Notes: generated by a model not told the origin, from the sequence alone. A DNA stretch of 55,818 nucleotides from Candidatus Gottesmanbacteria bacterium (GCA_016218215.1 JACREM010000047.1:1-55818), one strand, 5' to 3'; positions 1 through 9,143 are shown, counted from the first letter of the stretch. A program made the numbers and translations.

Positions 1-139
1 TGATAACAAAATATGTGAAGGAACAAGGACGAGAAAAAGAATACAAAAAGATGCACGTCGCGCAAATAACGATGTTTTAACAAAGAGCCTGTCGGGAGCA
101 CAATAGATACCCCGATGGCTCTGCCTCGGGGAGTGTCAT
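1..139 (+). mobile_element. Right end of an IS200/IS605-family element (3' end of Y1 transposase gene plus subterminal hairpin); runs off window start
   Basis: Frame 3..80 reads ITKYVKEQGREKEYKKMHVAQITMF*, matching the Y-x-x-x-Q catalytic helix at the TnpA C-terminus. It is followed by hairpin CCCCGA-T-GGC-TCT-GCC-TCGGGG (110-131) and ...GTCAT, after which an unrelated coding frame begins. Confidence 0.75.
3..80 (+). CDS. tnpA: IS200-type Y1 transposase TnpA, C-terminal fragment (partial)
   Basis: KYVKEQG motif; TAA at 78-80; not in the ORF track because it is truncated by the window edge. Confidence 0.7.
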   Translation: MTKYVKEQGREKEYKKMHVAQITMF

Positions 140-646
140 TATATATACGCTGTGGGCGGAGGAAGAAATAAAGTGCCCCTTGATGTGCTCGAGCGGTATG
201 ACCCAAAAAAGAATACATGGGAAAAACGCGCACCGATGCCGACCAAAAGAGAACATATCGCGGCTGTTAGCTGTGGAGGAAAGCTGTATGTGCTGGGAGG
301 GTATGCCGGCACCCGGTTTAACAACCTTACCACGAATGAAGTCTACGATCCACATACTGATACATGGAAAACATTGGCCTCACTGCCGTATCCTGTAAGC
401 GGATTTTCTTCAGCTGCGATCGGTGAAAGTATATTCATCTTTGGAGGAGAACAGGGATGGGCGGTATCGGGCGAGATACACGAGTATAAGATACGTGTGA
501 ATCGATGGATCAGAAGGTCGGATCTTCCAGCAGCTCGATATGCGTCAACCGCAACCACGTTTGGTAAAAGCATTTTTGTCATAGGCGGAAGCTCAATTCT
601 CATGGGAGAAGATTTTCGATCTGAAAACGATATTTTTACACCATGA
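140..646 (+). pseudogene. Kelch-repeat beta-propeller protein, 3' part, apparently interrupted by the IS
   Basis: Repeated LYVLGG/IFIFGG/IFVIGG, YDP..TW and MPT.R motifs. The frame begins mid-blade (YIYAVGG, 140-160) directly at the IS end, with no RBS. Confidence 0.75.
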
Positions 647-1788
647 ATATAGTTATTGTTGCTGTTGCACTTCACAAAAATACTCTGACTGGAGGGGATA
701 AAATATTTGTCGAATGTGCAAAGCGTTGGATACTCTGGGGGCACAAGGTAAAAATACTCACCAATGAAGCAGGGTATGAGTATTGCAGGAGCAATGGCAT
801 TCCTACAAATGCCATTGAGTATAAACAGATGTCCTGGATAGATGCATCAGGAGTCTATCTTGCGATGATTATAAAAACAATCGTATCGTTTTTTTGGGGC
901 GTAACGCTCGATTTTAGAAAAACCGATGTTGTATTTGCTTCCTCATTTTTTCTGCCGGATATTCTGCTTGGGTTACTGATAATGCTCAAGCACTATGAGA
1001 CACGATTGGTCACTTCATTTTATATATACACCACGTCGTTATTCGGGTCAGATTATAGCAACGGTAGAGTGAAAGGGTTTTTCTTTTATCTCAACCAATC
1101 TCTTGCGTTATTGCTTCTGAAATTAAACAGAGGATTGCTCCTTGTGGCATCGCAATTTGATATGAACGTGTTTGCATCAGTACACAGTTTTGACAAGAGA
1201 AGAATATTTGCGGTACGAGGGGGAGTAGATGCTGAATTTTTTGCTTCTATACAGAAGCAGAAGAAGAACTATGATGCTGTATTTGTCGGAAGATTTCATC
1301 CGCAGAAATGCGTAGATGAACTGATAGAAATTTGGTGTGGAGTTGTCAATGAGGGTAATACGAGAGTGCTCGCGCTCATAGGAGGAGGCTTGGAAGAAGA
1401 GGCGTTACGAGAAATCATTGTTCAGAAGCGGCTTGAAAAAAATATTGTATTCCTAGGCATGATAGACGGCAAGAAAAAAGCCATGATACTAAAGTCATCC
1501 CGCATATTTATATCTGCATCTCGTTTTGATACCGGGAACATTGCTCTGGACGAAGCTCTGGCCTGCGGGGTTCCCGGCATCATTTACGATCTCCCAAATT
1601 TAGAGTATCCAAAAGGAGTGGTGAAAGTGCCGGTTGGAAATATGAATAGATTTGTTCAAGAAATTATCAAACTTTTAAAAAATAATGGGAAAAGAGAACG
1701 TCTGGGCATTGAGGCCATGGAATTTGCAAAAACGATTGATTGGAACATACGAGCAAAACAACTGCTTCATTTTTTCGCCTCAGCATAG
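643..1788 (+). CDS. Glycosyltransferase family 4 (GT-B fold)
   Basis: N-terminal TGG, FVGRFHPQK, and D-x7-E (DTGNIALDEALACGVP) motifs. Confidence 0.9.
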   Translation: MNIVIVAVALHKNTLTGGDKIFVECAKRWILWGHKVKILTNEAGYEYCRSNGIPTNAIEYKQMSWIDASGVYLAMIIKTIVSFFWGVTLDFRKTDVVFASSFFLPDILLGLLIMLKHYETRLVTSFYIYTTSLFGSDYSNGRVKGFFFYLNQSLALLLLKLNRGLLLVASQFDMNVFASVHSFDKRRIFAVRGGVDAEFFASIQKQKKNYDAVFVGRFHPQKCVDELIEIWCGVVNEGNTRVLALIGGGLEEEALREIIVQKRLEKNIVFLGMIDGKKKAMILKSSRIFISASRFDTGNIALDEALACGVPGIIYDLPNLEYPKGVVKVPVGNMNRFVQEIIKLLKNNGKRERLGIEAMEFAKTIDWNIRAKQLLHFFASA

Positions 1789-1834
1789 TGTCAGAAGAGG
1801 AGTTTAGCGAGTGAAAGAATTTTACACTAGTTTT

Positions 1835-1843
1835 TGGTACAAT
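1835..1843 (+). promoter_or_regulatory. Extended -10 promoter for tRNA-Glu
   Basis: TGgTACAAT ending 16 nt before the tRNA. Confidence 0.55.
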
Positions 1844-1859
1844 AAAGGTTGTCTTCATA

Positions 1860-1933
1860 GCCCCGTTCGTCTAGCGGCCTAGGACCCAGCGTTTTCAGCG
1901 CTGTGACCGCCGGTTCGAATCCGGCACGGGGTA
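1860..1933 (+). tRNA. tRNA-Glu (anticodon TTC), CCA not encoded
   Basis: Acceptor GCCCCGT/ACGGGGT, anticodon stem CAGCG/CGCTG with loop TTTTCAG, T-arm GCCGG-TTCGAAT-CCGGC; followed by CTT rather than CCA. Confidence 0.95.
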
Positions 1934-1960
1934 CTTTTGAGCTACTTATAAGCCTAATAA

Positions 1961-2632
1961 ATGAGACATGGATTATTACTTTGTGGAGGAATCGCCGAAC
2001 GATATGCTAAATCTATCGGTGCAACTCCTCCGTATCCAAAGCACTTAGAAAAAACACAGGGAAAAATTATCCTGGAACAGGCGATACATGACATGGTCGC
2101 ATTGCTATCGCCTGATTTAATCACAGTAGTTACAAATACTCAATTTCACGATCAGTATTTGAATGAGTTAAGACGCATTCAAAATGAAACTCCGGACCTT
2201 AATTTATCAATTGCTTTAGTTCCACCATTAATTGGAAATGATTTTCCGTACGAAGAGATTGCACATGAATTTGACTTTATGGTATTCAAGGATCTTGATT
2301 TAAGATCAATTTCAACCCCAAGAGATTCATTATTTATTGTTGCCCCCGGTGATCAAGTTGTAAATTGGAAGCTATCGAATTTAAGGCTTTCACGAACGGA
2401 AATAGAAGCTGAGCTTAAACATTTCGATAGTAAAAATTTATTAGCTGTTGGAGATAGAGATTTACACCCAATGTAGTATATTGGCGGGTTACATGCATTG
2501 GAATATGAAGATTATTCAATTTTGCGTTTAAATAGCATGCAAGTGATAAATGTAAATACTCGCGAGGACTTGTTGTTCGCGAATGAGCTAATTGGTGAAA
2601 CTTCTCAACGAGTTGGTGGCGAATTAAAATAA
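1961..2632 (+). pseudogene. NTP-transferase (GT-A, MobA/GlmU-like) protein split by an in-frame TAG at 2474-2476
   Basis: N-terminal LLLCGGIAERY and PK.L motifs. Reading through the TAG gives 51 more residues including INVNTREDLLFANEL before TAA at 2630-2632. Confidence 0.7.
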
Positions 2633-2682
2633 TTTTTGTTCTAATAAACTTACAATTCTACATTCGTCCCGAGGTGTCAAGG

Positions 2683-3015
2683 CTATTTCACCTCCAAGGT
2701 GGAAGAAGTGGAAGAAAGGTGGAAGAAAGGTGGAAGAACTGCATTGACTTGAGTACTATTTCCGCCTATATCAACAATTATATCGTGATAATAAATTTTA
2801 CCACTCTTTCCAATGACACCGGATAATGACCCGGATGTCCCGTTTTTAATTTTAATTCCAAGTAATTCACCTATCTGAGCAGGAAATACGCACATATCCG
2901 CACCAGAATCTACGAGCGCTTCATAGCCAATTGGTTTATTTTGCTTGTATCTAAGGGTGATTGAAATAATTGGTCGTATTATGCCTGGTGCGATTCTTTT
3001 ATATTTAAATTGCAT
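2683..3015 (-). pseudogene. Retropepsin-like aspartyl protease, C-terminally truncated
   Basis: ALVDSGAD catalytic motif. The expected C-terminal (I/L)LG motif is absent and the 3' end runs into a repeat. Likely start MQFKY at 3015. Confidence 0.7.
2686..2738. repeat. Short hairpin plus four tandem (AG)GTGGAAGAA units
   Basis: TTCACCT-CCA-AGGTGGA (2687-2703); units at 2697-2707, 2708-2716, 2717-2727 and 2728-2738. Confidence 0.9.
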
Positions 3016-3019
3016 ATCG

Positions 3020-3208
3020 CTATCCAACCATCGGAGTTATCTGAGAAGGTACAAAAGAAATGATCGGATCGTTGAACCCGTTTTTTATGGCTCGACCATA
3101 TGCTACTCTTGCATTATCTGCGCTTGCGATGACAGTTTTTTCATCTCGCTTCAGAGCAACCCATTTTCCTTTATGTTCTTTATATATCTTTATCCAATTG
3201 ATTGCCAT
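3020..3208 (-). CDS. Small DUF5678-like protein
   Basis: Y.GKWVAL...E.VIAS motif; directly upstream of the aspartyl protease gene; TGnTAGTAT 6 nt before the ATG. Confidence 0.7.
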   Translation of the reverse strand: MAINWIKIYKEHKGKWVALKRDEKTVIASADNARVAYGRAIKNGFNDPIISFVPSQITPMVG

Positions 3209-3290
3209 GGTTCAATACTATCATAAAAGGAAATATCATGTTTTCTGTTAGCTTCACATTTTACGTTGCACCAATGCCAGGTTATGCTGT

Positions 3291-3776
3291 TCACAGCTCA
3301 ACCTCAAGCTCTATCTCATCTCGTATTGGAATTCTGTCATTGCCCAGGAGGGGGATTGACGGTTTTAATTTCCGTTGTTTTTCCATTTCATTTATGTGTA
3401 TAGCGGTGATAACAAATCCCCGTTTCTGATAAAATCTGAGAGCTTGAGTGTTGTCATTGGTCGTCATGAGCCAGACTTTGCTGCATCCTTCTTCTTTCGC
3501 TCTTTCCTTCACACGATCGATAAATGTAGTCCCGAGGCCTTTATTTGTCACTTCACAGTATAGTGCCACAATTTCAATGGAATTTTTATCTTTGATGTAC
3601 GAGATAAATCCAACAGGATTGCCATCGAGAGTTCCAACAAGTGTGGGGAGATTTAGGATATTGTACACATGTTCTTTGCTTATGATCTCAACCGATCCCC
3701 ACATCTGTGTCGCTATATTTGAAATCCATGCATTGTCTGTCTGTGTTTTTTCTGTGATTTGAAAAGGATGATCCAT
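3291..3776 (-). CDS. GNAT-family N-acetyltransferase
   Basis: NKGLGT acetyl-CoA motif and TTNDNTQALRFYQKRGF; start moved to 3776 because TATAAT lies 6 nt upstream. Confidence 0.9.
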   Translation of the reverse strand: MDHPFQITEKTQTDNAWISNIATQMWGSVEIISKEHVYNILNLPTLVGTLDGNPVGFISYIKDKNSIEIVALYCEVTNKGLGTTFIDRVKERAKEEGCSKVWLMTTNDNTQALRFYQKRGFVITAIHINEMEKQRKLKPSIPLLGNDRIPIRDEIELEVEL

Positions 3777-3810
3777 GAATTCATTATAGCGAAAAATGCT
3801 ATGTAACGCT

Positions 3811-4530
3811 TTATAGGTTTTGTGGAATATACACAATAAAATCATTATCAATTGCTCCGATCGGTTGACATCCTAGCCTATACAAATCCACCAATGGTAC
3901 ATTTGGGTTTCCGTGATTGAATAGATCAGAGACAAATACATCAGAAACAACTTCATGAAGCGCGGCGTACGTTGCGGGAACAGCAGCCCAACCTGCCGTA
4001 TGGCTAAAACCTTGGTACACAATGTGACTTACAAGATCAAATTCTTCTCTGCGTCCGGAAGAGTCAGCAGTTTTTTCCAATAATTTCCGGTATTTTTCTT
4101 TTGCCTGATTAAGAAAACTATTTGCAGTCATTGAGTCATACATCAGACTATCTGCTGTTTGAATATCGCCATGAATCACATTGATACTCATTGGTGTTGC
4201 ATTGAAACGGAGTAAATAGGCATTGACCAACGTTTGTATTGATGATTCATTTGGCTCGTGTATCGGCACCGAATGAATGATGTCTAGAGAATTATAGACG
4301 GCGTTTGCAACTTGCCTTCCGTTTGGTATGCCAAATCCTTTTGAAGAAAACATTTCCTGCAGTAGATGAAATTTGATCATATCGTCAAGGGAGTTAATCC
4401 ATCGAAATATCTGAGCAGTTTCTCTTTTGTCTAGCATTGGGAGAAATAGATGATCTGCTCCCAATATAGGAGTTGCAACTCTATGAATTGTGTTGCAAAT
4501 ATCCGCTGTGGTATATATTTCCTTACTCAT
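3811..4530 (-). CDS. Hypothetical protein
   Basis: 239-aa ORF abutting the upstream gene; no motif recognised. Confidence 0.7.
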   Translation of the reverse strand: MSKEIYTTADICNTIHRVATPILGADHLFLPMLDKRETAQIFRWINSLDDMIKFHLLQEMFSSKGFGIPNGRQVANAVYNSLDIIHSVPIHEPNESSIQTLVNAYLLRFNATPMSINVIHGDIQTADSLMYDSMTANSFLNQAKEKYRKLLEKTADSSGRREEFDLVSHIVYQGFSHTAGWAAVPATYAALHEVVSDVFVSDLFNHGNPNVPLVDLYRLGCQPIGAIDNDFIVYIPQNL

Positions 4531-5088
4531 CTATCGTTTTCTTAATATGAGCAGTACCACGGTAAAATCGAGGAAGGTAATGTAGAGAGGGTATGCTAAT
4601 TCCTGAAACGACCACTGTTGGATTGCCAGAAGACTTGCGATGGCTGCAAGTACATCCAGCGCATAAAACGTCCAGACTTCCGATTCAGGATATTTATATG
4701 TTTTGATAAGCATCGGGATCTGACCAGCTAGGTCTGCAGCGATAGACGCTATGATGCCAAAAAGCGGATTTGCAGTAAGTTTCCAAGCCACAATTCCTCC
4801 AAGGGATACGAAAAGACACAGAATATCTATTTTTGAAAATCCTCCCATGCCGTACTTTAAACTCAGAAGAAAAATGATGATGCTTCCTAAAGTCATTGAT
4901 CCTATGAGCCAGATTGCGACCGTGCTTGCAGAAGCAACAAGTGCACTAAATGCAAGGGATGCGATAACGACTATCACAAATCGTGTGGTTCTATGTGGTT
5001 TCGCTTCGCCCTTCAATATGGCGATAGCGTAGACGATGTAGGAGATGAGTGCGAGGACGCTGCTTATGGCAATAAAGAAATTTTGCAT
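4531..5088 (-). CDS. Multi-pass membrane protein of unknown function
   Basis: About 7 hydrophobic segments; G..KPH and KTYKYPESE motifs; TACAAT 6 nt before the ATG. Confidence 0.8.
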   Translation of the reverse strand: MQNFFIAISSVLALISYIVYAIAILKGEAKPHRTTRFVIVVIASLAFSALVASASTVAIWLIGSMTLGSIIIFLLSLKYGMGGFSKIDILCLFVSLGGIVAWKLTANPLFGIIASIAADLAGQIPMLIKTYKYPESEVWTFYALDVLAAIASLLAIQQWSFQELAYPLYITFLDFTVVLLILRKR

Positions 5089-5175
5089 ACATGCATTGTA
5101 TATCTTTCAGTGCGTATGCTGAAACAGTTTTCGTTTCATTCGGGTATTTATAGTATTTGCACTATTTTGATACCG

Positions 5176-5204
5176 TTGACAGCTCTCTTTGTCAGGTCTA
5201 GTAT
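5176..5204 (+). promoter_or_regulatory. Sigma70 promoter of the dinB cassette
   Basis: TTGACA-N17-TAGTAT. Confidence 0.7.
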
Positions 5205-5213
5205 AGAGATATA

Positions 5214-5229
5214 TTCGGGTTTATTTTGG
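5214..5229 (+). promoter_or_regulatory. Putative LexA operator (direct repeat)
   Basis: TTCGG-GTTTAT-TTTGG just after the predicted TSS; 15/16 identical to the site in the lexA promoter. Confidence 0.75.
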
Positions 5230-5244
5230 TCATAGGAAATCTTC

Positions 5245-5472
5245 ATGGAACACATCGACGAATCAGTTTCGGTTACTTTGATTTCGGCAATTCCTTCTGT
5301 TTTAGAGTGGCGGGGGAGGCAGTACATTATAAAAACCATCGGACTTCATCATACATGGCGTGATGGTCGAATACTCTACCATGTATTTTCTGTCTCAGAC
5401 GAATCAATGTTTTTCAGATTGGAGTTTAATACCGAATCGCTTCTCTGGAGGCTCACTGATATAGCAGAGTAA
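5245..5472 (+). CDS. Small beta-rich protein co-transcribed with dinB
   Basis: 75 aa; AGGA upstream; ends 4 nt before dinB; WRGRQY...HVFSV...FRL...W pattern. Confidence 0.75.
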   Translation: MEHIDESVSVTLISAIPSVLEWRGRQYIIKTIGLHHTWRDGRILYHVFSVSDESMFFRLEFNTESLLWRLTDIAE

Positions 5473-5476
5473 ACGT

Positions 5477-6739
5477 ATGAATGACATATTTTCTCCTCGT
5501 CCGTCAACCGTTCTTTACGTTGATATTAATTCCTGTTTCGCGACTATAGAGCAGCAGGCAAATCCGCTTATCCGTGGAAAGCCGGTGGTCGTGGCCGCGT
5601 ATGCCACAGGCAACGGATGCATCCTCGCCTCTTCTATAGAATCTAAACGCCTTGGGATAAAAACAGGAATGCATGTACGGGAGGCGCAGGTGATCTCTAG
5701 GGATCTCACTGTTCTGACTCCAGATCCGGAAAAATATCGTCATGTGAATGTTCTTTTAAAAAATATTCTGTCTGTCTACACAGATGTTGTAGAAGTGTAT
5801 TCTATAGATGAAATGTCTCTCGACGTTTCAAAAGATCCGTATTTTTTTCGTGTTTCAGAAGGGATACAGAGCGTTGATGCCTCCTTCGCGTATGCGAGAA
5901 AGATCAAGGAGCGTATCAGAAAAGAAATAGGCGAGTGGATACGGGTATCCATCGGAATTTCTACAAATGTGTACCTTGGAAAGGTCGCTTCAGATATACA
6001 AAAGCCGGACGGATGTACCGCAATCATCAAAGAGAACGTCGTAGAAACGCTAAAAAAATTATCAGTAGAGGATTTGTGCGGGATAAAAAAGGGATATGGG
6101 AATAGGCTTCGATCATCTGGAATGCAAACGGCATACGATATGTACAGATCTACACAGGATATTCTCATTCGTGCGTTTGGTTCAAAAATAGGTCGGGACT
6201 GGTGGCTTCGACTTCATGGATTTACCGAAGGAGACCGGGTATATAGGGAAGAACAAAAAACATATGGTCAGTCTCATGCGCTGTATATACCAAAGACTCC
6301 ATCTGATCCGGAGACCCTCTCTGTCTTGTCTCAACTTGTGTATAAAATGGCTCGTCGCCTTCGCGAGACGTACTCTGGAGCGTCTGGTGTTTCTTTGTCC
6401 TGTGTGTTTTCCGGGCATGAGTCCTGGCAGAAAAGTAGAACACTGTCGCACAGCATTTCTTCTTCGGATGATTTTTATAAAGCAGTTCTTCTCCTTTTAA
6501 ACCAAGCTCCATCTCTTCCGATCAGAATTCTTGCTGTTTCCTGTTTTGGCATGGTGTCAGGTAATAGTGTCCAGGAAGGATTGTTTGACACGAGAGAGCG
6601 AAAAGACAGTCTCACTCATGCACTTGACATAATCGGACGCAAATGGGGAGATGACGCGCTTATGTCTGCACGCGCTTTGACCGGGAGCTCTAAAGTTCTT
6701 GACCGCATTCCTTTTGGAAGAGCTGGGCTAAAAAATTAG
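5477..6739 (+). CDS. dinB: Y-family DNA polymerase (Pol IV/DinB-like)
   Basis: YVDINSCFATIEQ, YSIDE and SIGIS...K.ASD..KP motifs. Confidence 0.92.
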   Translation: MNDIFSPRPSTVLYVDINSCFATIEQQANPLIRGKPVVVAAYATGNGCILASSIESKRLGIKTGMHVREAQVISRDLTVLTPDPEKYRHVNVLLKNILSVYTDVVEVYSIDEMSLDVSKDPYFFRVSEGIQSVDASFAYARKIKERIRKEIGEWIRVSIGISTNVYLGKVASDIQKPDGCTAIIKENVVETLKKLSVEDLCGIKKGYGNRLRSSGMQTAYDMYRSTQDILIRAFGSKIGRDWWLRLHGFTEGDRVYREEQKTYGQSHALYIPKTPSDPETLSVLSQLVYKMARRLRETYSGASGVSLSCVFSGHESWQKSRTLSHSISSSDDFYKAVLLLLNQAPSLPIRILAVSCFGMVSGNSVQEGLFDTRERKDSLTHALDIIGRKWGDDALMSARALTGSSKVLDRIPFGRAGLKN

Positions 6740-6770
6740 AAAAAATAATGACAAGAGTATAATTATGTCT

Positions 6771-7967
6771 ATGGATACACGACCGCTTGCAGAACAGCTT
6801 CGCCCGCAGTCTTTTGACGATGTCATAGGTCAGGAGCATCTGGTGGGAAAAGATGGAGTCCTACGAAAGATGCTTGCCCAATCGTTTCTCCCTTCTCTGG
6901 TCTTCTGGGGCCCGCCCGGAGTAGGGAAAACGACACTTGCCAGATTGCTGGCAACGCTAACGAACAGTCACTTTGAGTCAAAATCTGCGGTGACGGCGAC
7001 GCTTGCAGACGTACGGCTTATCGTAAGCCAGGCGAGAACGCGAAAGACAGAAACCGGAGAACGGACGATTTTATTTTTGGATGAACTCCACAGATTTAAC
7101 AAAGCCCAACAGGATGCGCTTCTCCCCGTGGTAGAAGACGGGACGATCTGTTTTATCGGAGCTACAACAGAGAATCCGTCTTTTGAAGTCATTGCGCCGC
7201 TTCTTTCCCGGACGCGCGTCCTCGTATTAAAGCAATTGACGGACGATGAGCTTAAAAAATTACTGGGCAAAGCGTTGGAATTTGTTTCTACAACCATTGA
7301 TACTGATGCCCAAGGGTTTCTCATCGCATGTGCAAACGGGGACGGCAGATCTCTTCTTACCATATTTGAAATTGCGCATGAATTAAGCAATGGATCAGAA
7401 ATTACCCTGGAGCTTGTAGAAACAGCCGCGCAAAAAAAGATGCTTTCATACGATAAAACCGGAGATAATCATTACGACACGATCAGTGCGTTTATAAAAT
7501 CCATGAGAAGCAGTGATACAAGCGCAAGCATATACTATCTTGCCCGCATGACGATGTCAGGCGAGGATCCTCTTTTTATTGCCCGAAGAATGGTGATATT
7601 TGCAAGTGAAGACATAGGCATGGCGCAACCCACAGCCCTCGTCGTTGCCAATGCAGTGTTTGATGCGTGCCATAAAGTTGGGTATCCTGAGGCGCATATA
7701 GTTTTGGCTCATGGGGTCGTTTATCTGTCCCGCGCGAAGAAAAATAGAAGTGCGTATGATGCACTTCTTATGGCAGAAGTGGATGTAGAGAAATATGGAA
7801 ATCTTCCTATCCCATTGTCTGTCAGAAATGCTCCTACGAAACTTATGAAATCTCTGGGTTACTCAAAAGGGTATGAGATGTATACCAAAGATAGTCATCT
7901 GCCGGATAAAATAAAAGGCACAATATATTATAATGAAGAGTCGTCTACCGAGCATGGAAACACATAA
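6771..7967 (+). CDS. rarA: Replication-associated recombination protein A (RarA/MgsA)
   Basis: PLAEQLRP, GPPGVGKTT, DELHRFNKAQQD, GATTENP, SEDIG; start at 6765 or 6771. Confidence 0.95.
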   Translation: MDTRPLAEQLRPQSFDDVIGQEHLVGKDGVLRKMLAQSFLPSLVFWGPPGVGKTTLARLLATLTNSHFESKSAVTATLADVRLIVSQARTRKTETGERTILFLDELHRFNKAQQDALLPVVEDGTICFIGATTENPSFEVIAPLLSRTRVLVLKQLTDDELKKLLGKALEFVSTTIDTDAQGFLIACANGDGRSLLTIFEIAHELSNGSEITLELVETAAQKKMLSYDKTGDNHYDTISAFIKSMRSSDTSASIYYLARMTMSGEDPLFIARRMVIFASEDIGMAQPTALVVANAVFDACHKVGYPEAHIVLAHGVVYLSRAKKNRSAYDALLMAEVDVEKYGNLPIPLSVRNAPTKLMKSLGYSKGYEMYTKDSHLPDKIKGTIYYNEESSTEHGNT

Positions 7968-8427
7968 AACAAAACTTAAAAAAGAGACTTCTGCTGGAGG
8001 AGTGATCGTGCGGCCAAACGGAAAGGATTTTGAAGTCCTGGTGGTCCGCGACATGAACGAGGAGCTGACGTTTCCCAAAGGCGTTATCGAAGAAGGTGAA
8101 AACGCCCTGGATGCTGCATTTCGCGAGATAGAAGAAGAAGTAGGGCTATGCGATATTACCCTCATCCGGCCACTGACACCCATTTCCTATATGTATTCAC
8201 GTGACGGGGTTGTTCATAAAGTAGTGCAGTATTTTCTCTTCATGACCATAGGCACAGAAGAAACGAGCGCGCAGAAAGATGAAGGAATTCACGATGTGAC
8301 ATGGATGAGGCTTGATGAGGCGATCGATGCGATCGGATACAGGGAGACAAACAAAAAGGTACTTCTGGAAGTCAAAGCCGAGCTTGGAGTAGAAGGCACC
8401 ATGCTTCGGCGAAGGATGAGAGTATAG
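7954..8427 (+). CDS. NUDIX hydrolase
   Basis: SAGGV and Nudix box GVIEEGENALDAAFREIEEEVG. Confidence 0.9.
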   Translation: METHKTKLKKETSAGGVIVRPNGKDFEVLVVRDMNEELTFPKGVIEEGENALDAAFREIEEEVGLCDITLIRPLTPISYMYSRDGVVHKVVQYFLFMTIGTEETSAQKDEGIHDVTWMRLDEAIDAIGYRETNKKVLLEVKAELGVEGTMLRRRMRV

Positions 8428-8446
8428 ATTGTTTGGTTTGAGCCCT

Positions 8447-9130
8447 ATGATTACACTTCTACACGGAGATAACATAGAAGAATCCCGAAAAGAGTTCGTT
8501 CGTATAAAAAATGAAGCCCAAGGCAGAGAGCTTCGCGACCTGACGGAGTTTGTCTCAGATGAAAATGCACTGCGACAGGGTCTTGAGTCGCATTCATTAT
8601 TTGGATCAGATCTTTTAGTAGTATTTGAAAATGCACTTTCGCATTTTGGGAGAAAAGAGAAGGCGCTTGATGATTTTCTTTCCATTGTTCTGTCCAGTCC
8701 CTCTGTAGATATACTTTTTTGGGAGAATAAAGAAATAGGAAAAGGGACTATCGCCAAACTCGGTTCTTCTAAGGTGAAGATATTTAAGCTTCCGGTTGTT
8801 TTGTTTGCGTTTTTAGATGCGATAGCGCCGAATAATGTCCCAACGATCATAGATTTGTACAGAAAAACTGTTGCAATAAACGATCCGTATCTTGTGTTTA
8901 CTATGACCGCTCGGCGCGTCCACGACCTTCTTTGCGTCATGGAAGGAGTAAGCGCGGATCCTTCTCAAGCATGGCAGCTTGGTCGTTTGACAAAGCAGGC
9001 GAAGTTGTTTACGATTGAGAAACTTCTTTTTATGCAAAGATCTCTTCTATCTTTGGATATTTCAAACAAAAGCGGGTTGTCCGCTCTTCCTTTGCAAGCA
9101 TCTGTTGAACTTTTTTTGGCTACCTTGTAA
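8447..9130 (+). CDS. holA: DNA polymerase III delta subunit-like protein (short form)
   Basis: ITLLHGDN start, SLFG motif, C-terminal D...KSG...L.LFL. Confidence 0.65.
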   Translation: MITLLHGDNIEESRKEFVRIKNEAQGRELRDLTEFVSDENALRQGLESHSLFGSDLLVVFENALSHFGRKEKALDDFLSIVLSSPSVDILFWENKEIGKGTIAKLGSSKVKIFKLPVVLFAFLDAIAPNNVPTIIDLYRKTVAINDPYLVFTMTARRVHDLLCVMEGVSADPSQAWQLGRLTKQAKLFTIEKLLFMQRSLLSLDISNKSGLSALPLQASVELFLATL

Positions 9131-9143
9131 AGGAGATATCACT

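Noticed and set aside
2474-2476. Genome-wide stop-codon reassignment
   Set aside because: TAG, TGA and TAA all terminate conserved genes at their expected ends in this window
2697-2738. Possible CRISPR-like repeat
   Set aside because: 9-11-nt units with no spacers and no cas genes
8197-8940. Long antisense ORFs (e.g. 8197-8940, 13053-13610, 37513-38133, 54809-55147)
   Set aside because: They lie opposite well-supported genes and have no recognisable motifs; treated as shadow ORFs
9015-9143. ORF-track N-terminal extensions (9015, 16890, 20537, 31692, 34811, 44087, 49422, 51921, 3851)
   Set aside because: They overlap neighbouring genes or regulatory elements; family homology and RBS or -10 placement favour downstream starts
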